From assembly GCA_024679065.1 (NCBI GenBank), contig JAGIQG010000043.1, positions 930,001-994,000 of the forward strand: a stretch of 64,000 nt of DNA, given 5' to 3'. The position numbers were made by a program, and so were the translations under genes. Positions 51,248 through 62,089 of the stretch are shown here, piece by piece. The notes beneath the pieces were generated by a model. It searched no databases. It saw only the letters and a program-made list of their open reading frames with translations, and had not been told where the DNA came from. Each line of letters opens with the position of its first letter. Position 1 is the first letter of the stretch. This DNA is from Sphyrna mokarran (taxonomy: Eukaryota).

Positions 51248-52756
51248 ATTGTTCCATTGGAGCAGCACGGAGAGGCAGCGATTTGGGAGAGCGAGAAGTT
51301 CGATTGATAAGTAGCTTTTTAACTTTTCTCTTTGTTTAAAACAGCGAGCGGGAGTAGTTTTTGCCGTTTTTATTTTAAACTAACTTGTAACCGGAAGTCG
51401 TCACTAGGAGGCTGCCGGTAGTTGTAGTTTTTAAGCTATATAAGTACTAACCTCTGGGTATCGGCCTCATTGTTCCATTGGAGCAGCACGGAGAGGCAGC
51501 GATTTGGGAGAGCGAGAAGTTCGATTGATAAGTAGCTTTTTAACTTTTCTCTTTGTTTAAAACAGCGAGCGGGAGTAGTTTTTGCCGTTTTTATTTTAAA
51601 CTAACTTGTAACCGGAAGTCGTCACTAGGAGGCTGCCGGTAGTTGTAGTTTTTAAGCTATATAAGTACTAACCTCTGGGTATCGGCCTCATTGTTCCATT
51701 GGAGCAGCACGGAGAGGCAGCGATTTGGGAGAGCGAGAAGTTCGATTGATAAGTAGCTTTTTAACTTTTCTCTTTGTTTAAAACAGCGAGCGGGAGTAGT
51801 TTTTGCCGTTTTTATTTTAAACTAACTTGTAACCGGAAGTCGTCACTAGGAGGCTGCCGGTAGTTGTAGTTTTTAAGCTATATAAGTACTAACCTCTGGG
51901 TATCGGCCTCATTGTTCCATTGGAGCAGCACGGAGAGGCAGCGATTTGGGAGAGCGAGAAGTTCGATTGATAAGTAGCTTTTTAACTTTTCTCTTTGTTT
52001 AAAACAGCGAGCGGGAGTAGTTTTTGCCGTTTTTATTTAAACTAACTTGTAACCGGAAGTCGTCACTAGGAGGCTGCCGGTAGTTGTAGTTTTTAAGCTA
52101 TATAAGTACTAACCTCTGGGTATCGGCCTCATTGTTCCATTGGAGCAGCACGGAGAGGCAGCGATTTGGGAGAGCGAGAAGTTCGATTGATAAGTAGCTT
52201 TTTAACTTTTCTCTTTGTTTAAAACAGCGAGCGGGAGTAGTTTTTGCCGTTTTTATTTAAACTAACTTGTAACCGGAAGTCGTCACTAGGAGGCTGCCGG
52301 TAGTTGTAGTTTTTAAGCTATATAAGTACTAACCTCTGGGTATCGGCCTCATTGTTCCATTGGAGCAGCACGGAGAGGCAGCGATTTGGGAGAGCGAGAA
52401 GTTCGATTGATAAGTAGCTTTTTAACTTTTCTCTTTGTTTAAAACAGCGAGCGGGAGTAGTTTTTGCCGTTTTTATTTTAAACTAACTTGTAACCGGAAG
52501 TCGTCACTAGGAGGCTGCCGGTAGTTGTAGTTTTTAAGCTATATAAGTACTAACCTCTGGGTATCGGCCTCATTGTTCCATTGGAGCAGCACGGAGAGGC
52601 AGCGATTTGGGAGAGCGAGAAGTTCGATTGATAAGTAGCTTTTTAACTTTTCTCTTTGTTTAAAACAGCGAGCGGGAGTAGTTTTTGCCGTTTTTATTTT
52701 AAACTAACTTGTAACCGGAAGTCGTCACTAGGAGGCTGCCGGTAGTTGTAGTTTTT
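51248..52756 (+). repeat. Tandem array of about 6.8 near-identical 220-221 bp monomers forming the LINE 5' UTR
   Basis: Unit starts (attgttccattgg) at 51248, 51469, 51690, 51911, 52131, 52351, 52572. Confidence 0.97.
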
Positions 52757-52900
52757 CTCTCTGACTCTATAAATTCTTACAGAGAGGTAACCCGATACTC
52801 TACACAGGTAGAGTATCCCACCCTCCCCCCTCCTCTAACCTAATAATAATAGTGTGTGTGTAGGTTTTTTTTTTCTCTCCTGCAAATTAAAGTAACAGTG

Positions 52901-53824
52901 ATGGCAGTGCAGGTAGTACATTGCACCTCCTGCGGTATGTATGAGGTAAGGGACACCAGTGGTGTTCCTGCTGATTATACCTGCAGGAAGTGTGCACATT
53001 TGCAGCTCCTTGAGGATCGTGTTAAGGAGCTGGAGCTGGAATTAGAGGAGCTCAGAGTAATTCGAGAGGTTGAGGAGGATATAGGCAGGAGTAACAAAGA
53101 GATTGTAACTCCTATAAGTGATAATTGGGTAACTATTAGGAGGAGGGGTAAGAAGCAATCGGGGAGACAATCCCCTGGGGCTGTTCCCCTCCAAAATAAA
53201 TTTTCTGTCTTGGAGGCTACAGTTGAGGAAGAATCAACTGGAGCTGACCAAAGGGAGCAGGTCTCTGGGGGTGAGACTGCTGAGAATGCTCAGGTGGGTG
53301 GGGGGAATAAGAGATTAGGCCTAGTTATAGGAGACTCCATAGTTAGAGGGACAGATAGGAGGGTAAATAGTAATAAACAGGACTCAGGGCTGGTGTGTTG
53401 CCTCCCAGGGGCTGGGGTCCAGGATGTTGCAGATCGGGTTTTTAGGATTCTTAAGGGTGAGGGGAGTCAGCCCCAAGTCATTGTTCATGTGGGGACACAT
53501 GATGTAGGTAGGACAAGGGAAGGGGATATTAAACAGAAATTTATGGAGTTAGGGTGGAAGCTTAGGTCCATAACAGGCAGAGTGGTTATCTCTGGACTCT
53601 TGCCTGTGCCAAGGGATAGTTTAGAGATGAACAGAGAAAGGGATAGTTTGAACTCATGGCTGCGTGGATGGTGCAGGAGGGAGGGGTTCAGGTTCCTTAA
53701 CAATTGGGACTCATTCTGGGATAGGTGGGACCTCTTCAAGAGAGATGGTCTACACCTGAACCAGAGGGGGACTAATATCTTGGGGGGAAAATTTGCTAAG
53801 GCTATGATGGGGGCTTTAAACTGA
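52901..53824 (+). CDS. CR1 ORF1p (Cys zinc finger, coiled coil, SGNH-type esterase domain)
   Basis: CTSC..CRKC, LELELEEL heptads, VIGDSIVRG, VHVGTHD and DGLHLN motifs; ORF intact. Confidence 0.9.
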   Translation: MAVQVVHCTSCGMYEVRDTSGVPADYTCRKCAHLQLLEDRVKELELELEELRVIREVEEDIGRSNKEIVTPISDNWVTIRRRGKKQSGRQSPGAVPLQNKFSVLEATVEEESTGADQREQVSGGETAENAQVGGGNKRLGLVIGDSIVRGTDRRVNSNKQDSGLVCCLPGAGVQDVADRVFRILKGEGSQPQVIVHVGTHDVGRTREGDIKQKFMELGWKLRSITGRVVISGLLPVPRDSLEMNRERDSLNSWLRGWCRREGFRFLNNWDSFWDRWDLFKRDGLHLNQRGTNILGGKFAKAMMGALN

Positions 53825-53925
53825 TTCGGGGGGGGGGTGGGATCCTAAGTAGTTGGGGTGCTGAGAGGGATGAGAGTAAGGGGGTTATAGAAGAGAGTTG
53901 TAAAACACAGCGGCGTACGGGTGGG

Positions 53926-56707
53926 GTGGGGCATGGTTTGAAATGCGTATACTTTAATGCAAGGAGTATTCGCAATAAGGGGGAGGAACTTGCAGCTTGG
54001 ACCAGTACCTGGAACTTCGATGTTGTGGCCATTTCAGAGACTTGGGTAGAGCAGGGACAGGAATGGATGTTGCAGGTTCCGGGGTACAAATGCTTTAGTC
54101 GGAGTAGAGAAGGAGGTAGAAGGGGGGGAGGAGTGGCGTTATTGGTCAAAGACTGTATCACGGTGATAGAAAAGAAGTTTGATGAGGACTTGTCTGTTGA
54201 GGTAGTATGGGCTGAGATTAGAAACAGGAGAGGAGAGGTCACCCTGTTGGGAGTCTTTTACAGACCTCCTAATAGTTCTAGAGAGGTTGAGGAAAGGATT
54301 GCGAAGTCAATTCTGATTAGGAGTGAAAGTAGTAGGGTAATTGTGATGGGGGACTTTAACTTTGCTAATATTGATTGGAATAGCTATAGCTCTAGCTCGT
54401 TAGAGGGGTCAGTTTTCGTACAGAGTGTGCAGGAAGGTTTTTTGACTCAGTATGTAGATAGGCCAACTAGAGGTGAGGCTACATTGGATTTGGTGCTGGG
54501 CAATGAGCCAGACCAGGTGTTAGGCTTGGAAGTTAGTGAACATTTTGGTGATAGTGACCACAATTCGGTTACGTTCACCTTAGTGATGGACAGGGATAGG
54601 CATGAAGCTGGGGGCTGTAGTTATAGCTGGGGGAAGGGTAATTATGAGGCCATCAGGAGAGAATTAGGGTGCGTAGATTGGACTAGGGAACTACAGGGAC
54701 TGGGAACATCTGGAATGTGGTGCTTATTCAAGGAGCAGCTGCTGAGAGTCCTTGATAAGTATGTCCCTGTCAGGCAGGGAGGAAATGGTACGAGTAAGAG
54801 AGCCTTGGTGTACGAAAAGAGTTGATTTGCTGGTTAAGAAGAAAAAGGAGGCTTATGTCAGGATGAGGCTTGAAGGCTCAGGTAGTGCAATGGATAGCTA
54901 TAGATTAGCTAGGAAGGAGGTAAAAAGTGAATTGAGGAGAGCTAAGAGGGGACACGAGAAGATGTTGGCTGATAGGATTAAGGAGAATCCTAAAGCTTTC
55001 TTTCGATATGTTAAGAATAGAAGATTGGTTAGGGCAAGATTAGGGCCAGTCATAGATAGCAGTGGGAAGTTGTGCGTGGAGCCTGAAGAGATTGGCGAGG
55101 CACTGAATAAATATTTCTCTTCGGTATTCACGCAGAGTGCTGGAAATGTAGCTGTGGAGAGCACTGAGGTACAGGGTTGCAAATTGGGGAGTATTGTAGT
55201 AGATAGGGAGGATGTGTTAGAAATTCTCGAGGGTTTGAAGTTGGATAAGTCCCCTGGGCCGGACGGGATTTACCCTAGGATTCTCTGGGAGGCAAGAGAG
55301 GAGATTGCAGAGCCTCTGGCTCTGATCTTCAGGTCCTCGTTGGTTACGGGTGTGGTTCCGGAGGACTGGAGGATGGCGAATGTGGTCCCATTGTTTAAGA
55401 AGGGGAAGAGAGACCTTCCTGGGAATTATAGGCCAGTGAGTCTTACTTCTGTTGTGGGCAAGGTATTGGAGAGAATTATTAGGGATAGGATTTATAGTTA
55501 TTTAGAGAGAAATGAATTGATTGGGGATAGTCAGCATGGTTTCGTGAAGGGTAGGTCATGCCTTACTAACCTCATTGAGTTTTTTGAGAAAGTGACCAGA
55601 GAGGTGGATGGGGGTAAGGCGGTTGATGTAGTATATATGGACTTTAGTAAGGCTTTTGATAAGGTGGCCCATGGAAGACTTCTACAGAAAATGCAGATGT
55701 GTGGAATAGAGGGTGATTTAGCTAATTGGATTAGAAATTGGCTGGCAGATAGAAGACAGAGGGTGGTGGTTGATGGGAGATATTCATCGTGGAGTTCGGT
55801 GACGAGTGGTGTGCCTCAGGGGTCTGTTTTGGGGCCCCTGCTGTTTGTAATTTTTATAAATGATCTGGATGAGGGTATTGAGGGATGGATCAGTAAATTT
55901 GCAGATGATACTAAAGTTGGTGGAGTGGTAGATAGTGAAGAGGGGTGTTTTAGTTTACAGAGTGACTTGGACAAGTTGCAGAGCTGGGCCGAGAGGTGGC
56001 AAATGGAGTTTAATGTGGAAAAGTGTGAGGTAATGCACTTTGGCAGGAACAATAAATGTGTAGAGTATAGGGCTAATGGTAGGGCTCTTAATAGTGTTGA
56101 GGAACAGAAGGATCTTGGTGTATGTGTCAATAGATCCCTGAAAGTAGGCAGTCAAGTGGATAAAGTTGTTAAGAAGGCATATGGAGTCTTAGCTTTTATT
56201 GGTAGGGGGATTGAATTTAGGAGCCGCAGCATCATGTTGCAACTGTACAAAACTCTAGTGCGGCCGCACTTGGAGTATTGTGTGCAGTTCTGGTGCCCAC
56301 ATTATAAGAAAGATGTGGAGGCATTGGAGAGGGTACAGAGGAGGTTTACCAGGATGTTGCCTGGTATGGAGGGCAGGTCTTATGAAGAGAGGTTGAAGGA
56401 TTTGAGGTTGTTTTCGTTAGAAAGGAGGCGGCTAAGAGGGGATCTTATTGAAACATATAAGATGATTAGAGGTTTAGATAGGGTGGACAGTGATAGCCTT
56501 TTTCCTAGGATGGAGAAAGCTAGCACGAGGGGACACAGCTTTAAATTAAGGGGTATGAGTTATAGGACGGATATCAGAGGTAGGTTCTTTACTCAAAGAG
56601 TGATTAGGGAGTGGAATGCCCTGCCTGCAGCTGTTGTAGATGCGCCAAGTTTGGTGGCGTTTAAGAGGTTAGTTGATAAGTATATGGATAGGAAGGGAAT
56701 GGTTTAG
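53926..56707 (+). CDS. CR1 ORF2p (APE endonuclease and reverse transcriptase), split by one frameshift near 54790
   Basis: YFNARS, ISETW, MGDFN, SDHN endonuclease motifs; GVPQGSVLGP and FADD RT motifs; two overlapping ORFs, 53926-54825 and 54752-56707. Confidence 0.92.
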
Positions 56708-56803
56708 TTAGGAGGGGCATTGCTTTTTATTTTGGTCGGCACAACATCGAAGGCCGAAGGGCCTGTTCTGTGCTGTATTGTTCTATGTTTCTATGTTCTA
56801 TGT

Positions 56804-57263
56804 TCTTTGAGTAAAGAACCTACCTCTGATATCCGTCCTATAACTCATACCCCTTAATTTAAAGCTGTGTCCCCTCGTGCTAGCTTTCTCCATCCTAGGA
56901 AAAAGGCTATCACTGTCCACCCTATCTAAACCTCTAATCATCTTATATGCTTCAATAAGATCCCCTCTTAGCCGCCTCCTTTCTAACGAAAACAACCTCA
57001 AATCCTTCAACCTCTCTTCATAGGACCTGCCCTCCATACCAGGCAACCTCCTGGTAAACCTCCTCTGTACCCTCTCCAATGCCTCCACATCTTTCTTATA
57101 ATGTGGCGACCAGAACTGCACACAATACTCCAAGTGCGGCCGCACTAGAGTTTTGTAAAGCTGCAACATGATGCTGCGGCTCCTAAATTCAATCCCCCTA
57201 CCAATAAAAGCTAAGACTCCATATGCCTTCTTAACAACTTTATCCACTTGACTGCCTACTTTT
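56804..57263 (-). mobile_element. Remainder of the antisense host CR1 copy
   Basis: Reverse ORF2 C-terminus that continues the 51044-51247 piece. Confidence 0.9.
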
Positions 57264-58764
57264 CAATTACTATAAAGAACCATGAAACATCCTGTGGGCG
57301 GGATTGTTTCTATCTGAAGCAGGACGCTTACCATCTTACGGAAACAATGACAAATATGCCCAGTTGAAGACCATACAAAGAAAAGAGGCAGTGCTAACTG
57401 CTTGCATGTTAGCCCTTCAATGCTTTTGATCAGCACAACTTTCAATGCATATTTTTTGTTACACAATTGTATAAAATGTAGAGCGCAAATTGGGATCATT
57501 CGGCCCATCTGCTCTGTGCTGTTTTTATTGTCCACCTTTGCCTCATCGTATTTCCTCATCATATCACCTCATCAACTATTCTTCTATTCATTTCTCTCTG
57601 CTCCCTCTCTCCAACTCATTCATTACATTCCCTTCTGCTATTCATCTCAAATATTTCCTGTCATAGTGTGTTCTACACACTTCCACTTTTTGTTCACTTT
57701 GGTTTGCCGGGTTAAAAAAAAAGGTAAAGTCTACGAACAGGTAAGAAGCGACTCGAGAATAGCTCTTTCTCTGCCGCCATCGGACTTTTGAATGGCCGGA
57801 CCTTATATTTGTATGATCTTTCTCAGCAACCTAATTGTGACTGTGGCGTTATGATCTGCACCCTCCCCTTTCAAAGAACAAAGAAAAACAAAAAACAAGA
57901 CAGCACGGAAACAGGCACTTCGGCCCCACAAGCCCGCGCCGCCATTTTAACATTGTGAGTCCCCTCCTCTACCTATGACCTTTGTCTACGTCTTTTGAAC
58001 TCCACAATAAAGGAACCATAACCAGATTCAAGGAAGAGTAATTTAGGGACAATTTGTTAACACCAATCAATCTAAGAGCAAGTTTTGGGGTATGGGAGGG
58101 AACTGGAGCACCCGGAGAAAACCCACGCAAGCACAGGGAGAATGTGCAAACTCCTACAACTTTCCATCTCCCCATGTACTCTATGTTCGGTATGCTTTGT
58201 CACTGTAGCACACAAAAAAAAAACAATACTTTTCATTGCATATCAATACATGTAAAAGTATTGAATCAAATCTATGCACATCATGAACGGTATGATTTGT
58301 CTGTATAGCGCGTGAAATGATACTTTTCACTGTGCGCCAAGAATACATATTAACTGTGGCAATAATCGATTGCATCAATTCGAATCAAATCCAATCAAAT
58401 TCTCCCGAGTGTCTCGAATTTCCTATTTAATTTACTAGTGACTAGCTTAAACTGTTGACCCATTCATTAGAAATCCTGCGTCAGCATTTTAAACATTTCT
58501 GTATTCGTAATTGTCTCTTTCCTTACAATCCTCAGTAGTCATTTGTTTTAGAGAGAAGAGCTCCTGCCTATTCAATGCTGTCAGATAGTTAGGGCCTATC
58601 AATTCTGCTGTCAATCTTGTGAAGTATTTAGAACACTGTTCCATTGACATCTTTATCATTATCAGATTAAGAGCCTCCGTGCTCTGTTTTCAAACTCTGG
58701 TCCACCTGATATGGGTAGGTATTTTGGAAAATGTGCTCAGTGCGTTGCCACACTTGGGCCTGTA

Positions 58765-58782
58765 GTAAACAGGAAAACCACA
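58765..58782 (+). promoter_or_regulatory. Candidate promoter element: overlapping FOX/ETS/RUNX motifs
   Basis: GTAAACA, CAGGAA and AACCACA (reverse TGTGGTT) are contiguous about 175 nt upstream of the leader ATG. Confidence 0.5.
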
Positions 58783-58954
58783 GAGAACTTTCTACATCAG
58801 TTTTATTTTCCAAAACCAATTGTGTATGTATTAATAAGCACAGAGCACAGCATTCACACTGCATATTTCACACCTCCTTCACAGAGAGGACAAGAGCAAT
58901 TTCGCAGTGAGATTCGGATTGAGATTCACACTCCCACCGATCGGGTCAAGGACA

Positions 58955-58997
58955 ATGCGTTTGTTTGGCGTTTGTGTATTGTTCCATCTCTTCCAGG
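58955..58997 (+). CDS. Leader exon of a third gene (paralog of gene A). The rest lies in the N gap or beyond the window
   Basis: acaATG; MRLFGVCVLFHLFQ plus G; cagg|gtgaga donor, phase 1, compatible with an A-type V exon (..FQ-VSMSQ). The downstream intron is a duplicate of the sequence preceding gene A's V exon. Confidence 0.75.
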
Positions 58998-59749
58998 GTG
59001 AGATATCCTTGCCAAATTAAGGTAGAGTGCATACGGATTTGTATGTTGTAAATATGGAGATACTATTTTAATTGTGGGTCTGTGATCAGAGAGAAGCAGT
59101 TTGAAGTAAATCGGGACAAGTAACATATTATTGCCAAATGAAACCGTTGTTAAAACGGGAGGTGTAAGCAGATCAAAGAGCAGATTTGGATCAAAAATGT
59201 GTCATGAACAAAAATTGCAGAGATATGGGGGAAACAAGAAAAGTCGGAGCTAGAACTAATTAGATAAATCTATCAAAGGTGCAGCAGAGTTACTGGTGGC
59301 GGAATGGTCTCCAACTGTGCTCTGCGGTGATGTGATTATGCAGTTTGGCATGCACATTTAATATGAAACAAAACAAATATTAACGAAGGGGAAAATGTTG
59401 TGTATTAATCAATAACAATTAATGAAAATGATATAAAGCGAATCATCAAATGCCTCCAGTAGAGGAATAGGATATTCGATCCATTGAACAATCACCATCA
59501 ATAATCTCAAATGGGTATATTTATCCAACTAATCTCGCTGATATTGGGAATAGTTGAGCATGTCCAATCGACATTACCTGCGTATCTTTGGACACGAAAG
59601 CGCGATTTTGTTTGGCCAATCCCCCTAACCCGCACATTTGTGGAAAATAAGGGGTAATTTTGCATGGCAAATGCTCCTATCCTACTCATCCTTGGCCTTT
59701 AAAGGGCAATTTAGCATGGCCAACCCACATCGCCGACATGTTCTGGGAC

Positions 59750-61955
59750 ACCAAGACAGGATTTTGCATGGCCAATCCATGCATTTTGCGTATGGGAGGG
59801 AACCAGAGCACTCAGAGGAAACCCACAAAGACACGGGGAGAACGTTCAAACTCCACGCAGGAAATCGCTCAAGGCCAGAATAAAACACGAGGCTCGGGTT
59901 CATTGTTAAGTGTACCCGGGATTAAAGCTGTAAATTTTATCCAGTGAAAATATAGGCATCTGTGGAGAAGGGATCTATTCAAGTAGAACGTTCGACTAAA
60001 TTACCTACTTTGCCCAAAGATAGTGCATAAGAAGCAAAGAGTATAGATGACAGAATATATTCTCTGAGAAGTGTTGCTTTGTTGAAGTTCTTTAATTTAT
60101 TACATTCACAAATATCTGGAATTAAGAATTTACTGATGACCATGAAAACATTCTCAATTGTTAGAAACCTCCCCCCCCCTCCCCCGTGGTTCACTGATGT
60201 CCTTAGGCAAAGAAATCTGCCGTCCTTATCTGATCTGGCCTGCATGTGACATCCGAGCCATTCCATTGTGGTTGAGGAGATCTGCTAGATGTGTACAAAA
60301 TTTTGATGGGAATTGATAGAGTAAACAGGCCCAAGCTTTTTCCTAGATGGACTCAAATACCACGAGGGGTCACGGGCTTAGGGTGAGGGGGTAAGGTATA
60401 ATTTGGATGCTAGAGGGAGTTTTTTAACACAGAGGGTGGTGGGGTATGGAATACGCTGCCAAGTAAAGTGGTGGAGGCAGGTACTTTGGAGTTATTTAAG
60501 AAATATTAGATGGGCACACGAACAGAATGGGAATGGAGGGGTATAGAAAACTGATTTAAAGTAGGGATCATGAGCCTTGGGAATCCCTGGGAAGTGTGTA
60601 AATAGATGATGATATTGGTGTATTTTATCCTACAGGTGCTTTGGTCCACCTTGTTGTCTAATGAGGGGCATACACGCGATGGGTCGTGAGAGGACTGCTC
60701 TTGGATCTTTTTCGAGAGTATCCTACTACTTCACGTTGTTAGTGTATGCTTGACCTGGACCATCTGATGGTAACACGACAGCTCAGTGACTATCGCTGTG
60801 CTGTGCAGATACATGGATTTGGGCTTGTGTCTGTGGGAGTTTGCGCATTCTCCCCGTGTTTGCGTGGGTTTTCTCGGGAGCTCCGGCTTCCTCCCACATC
60901 CCAAAGATGTGCTCTTAGGCTAATTGGCAAAACAAATTCTCCCTAAATTGTCTCAAATTTGGTTTTTAATCCATAGATCTGTAAACATGAACAGGAATCG
61001 CGAGTAGAGATGGGAATATCGGGGTTGCGGGGCGGGGTCGTTGGGCCGAAGGGCCTGTTTCCCGTGCTGTTTTGTTCTTTGTTTTTTGTACTCTCCAACG
61101 GCAGACAGGGATGGGCAATAAAAGCTAACCAGCCATCGACGCCCAAGTCCCATGAATAAATAATAATAAAAAAATATATAATTCCCATGTAACCACTCCG
61201 GTGTTTCAACGAAACTTGTGGGAGAATTGAGTCAGATTCCGCCTTTAGAATGTGACACGAAAACGGTGCAATCATAACACTGCAAGACCATAAGACAAAA
61301 GAGCAGAATAGAGCAATCGACCCATTGAGCCTATTCTACCATTCAATAATGGTTATTTCTTTCTCTCATCCCCATTCTCCTATCTTTTCCCATAAGCCCT
61401 AATGCCCTATTAATCAATAATCTATTTATCTCTGTCTTAAACGCACTTAATGACATGGTTTCCACAGTCTTCCGTGGCAGAGCTCCACGGATTATCTGGC
61501 TAAAGAAATTCCTCCTCATTTCAGTTTTAAGGGATTGTCCCTTCAGCGTGTGGTTGTGCCCCCTGTTTCTAATTTTTCCTGCTAGTGGAAACACCCTTTC
61601 CACATCCACTCTATCCAGGCCTCACAGTGTTGTGCAATTTTCAATAAGTTCTCGCCTCATCCTTCTAAACGCCACCCAGTATAGACCTAGAGTCCTCAAT
61701 CTTTCCTCATACGACAAGCTCTTCATTACAGGGATCATTCTTGTGAAACTTTTCTGGATGTCTTCCAAACGAGCACATCTTTCCTTTGATATGGGGCCCC
61801 AGACTGCTCGCAATGCTCCAAATGGGTCTGACGAGAACTTCATGCAGACTCCCAATTACAATCCTGTGCTTGTATTCCAGCCCTCTCGACATGAATGTGA
61901 ACATTGATTTTTTTTTCTTCCAAATTGCCGACGAACCCCTGCACGTGAACTTTAG
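59750..61955 (+). repeat. Segmental duplicate of about 575-1980 (leader-to-V intron of A-type genes)
   Basis: Collinear unique sequence, e.g. ggctcgggttcattgttaagtgtacccgggattaaagctgta, cccaaagatag.gcataagaagcaaagag and gagaattgagtcagat occur in both places. Confidence 0.9.
60274..61090 (+). mobile_element. Chimeric CR1/V-SINE, copy 4
   Basis: Same structure; absent from the paralogous site near position 1100. Confidence 0.88.
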
Positions 61956-61973
61956 GAGAACATAGAACATAGA

Positions 61974-62073
61974 NNNNNNNNNNNNNNNNNNNNNNNNNNN
62001 NNNNNNNNNNNNNNNNNNNNNNNNNNNNNNNNNNNNNNNNNNNNNNNNNNNNNNNNNNNNNNNNNNNNNNNNN
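61974..62073. other. Assembly gap (100 N)
   Basis: Run of exactly 100 N, typical of a gap of unknown size. Confidence 0.99.
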
Positions 62074-62089
62074 CATCTCCATTGAATGT

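Larger units (their letters stand above)
51248..56803 (+). mobile_element. Full-length young CR1-clade LINE (5' tandem monomers, ORF1, ORF2, microsatellite tail)
   Basis: ORF1 and ORF2 present; 3' UTR stem-loop ggccgaagggcc and (GTTCTAT)n tail; flanked by TCTTTGA direct repeats at 51242-51248 and 56804-56810. Confidence 0.95.

Noticed and set aside
51248-52756. CRISPR array or independent satellite
   Set aside because: No spacers, eukaryotic context, and the array lies inside the TSD-bounded LINE.
54752-54825. Programmed frameshift in ORF2
   Set aside because: A single extra base restores a continuous ..GGNG-RVREPW.. reading; mutation or sequencing error is simpler.
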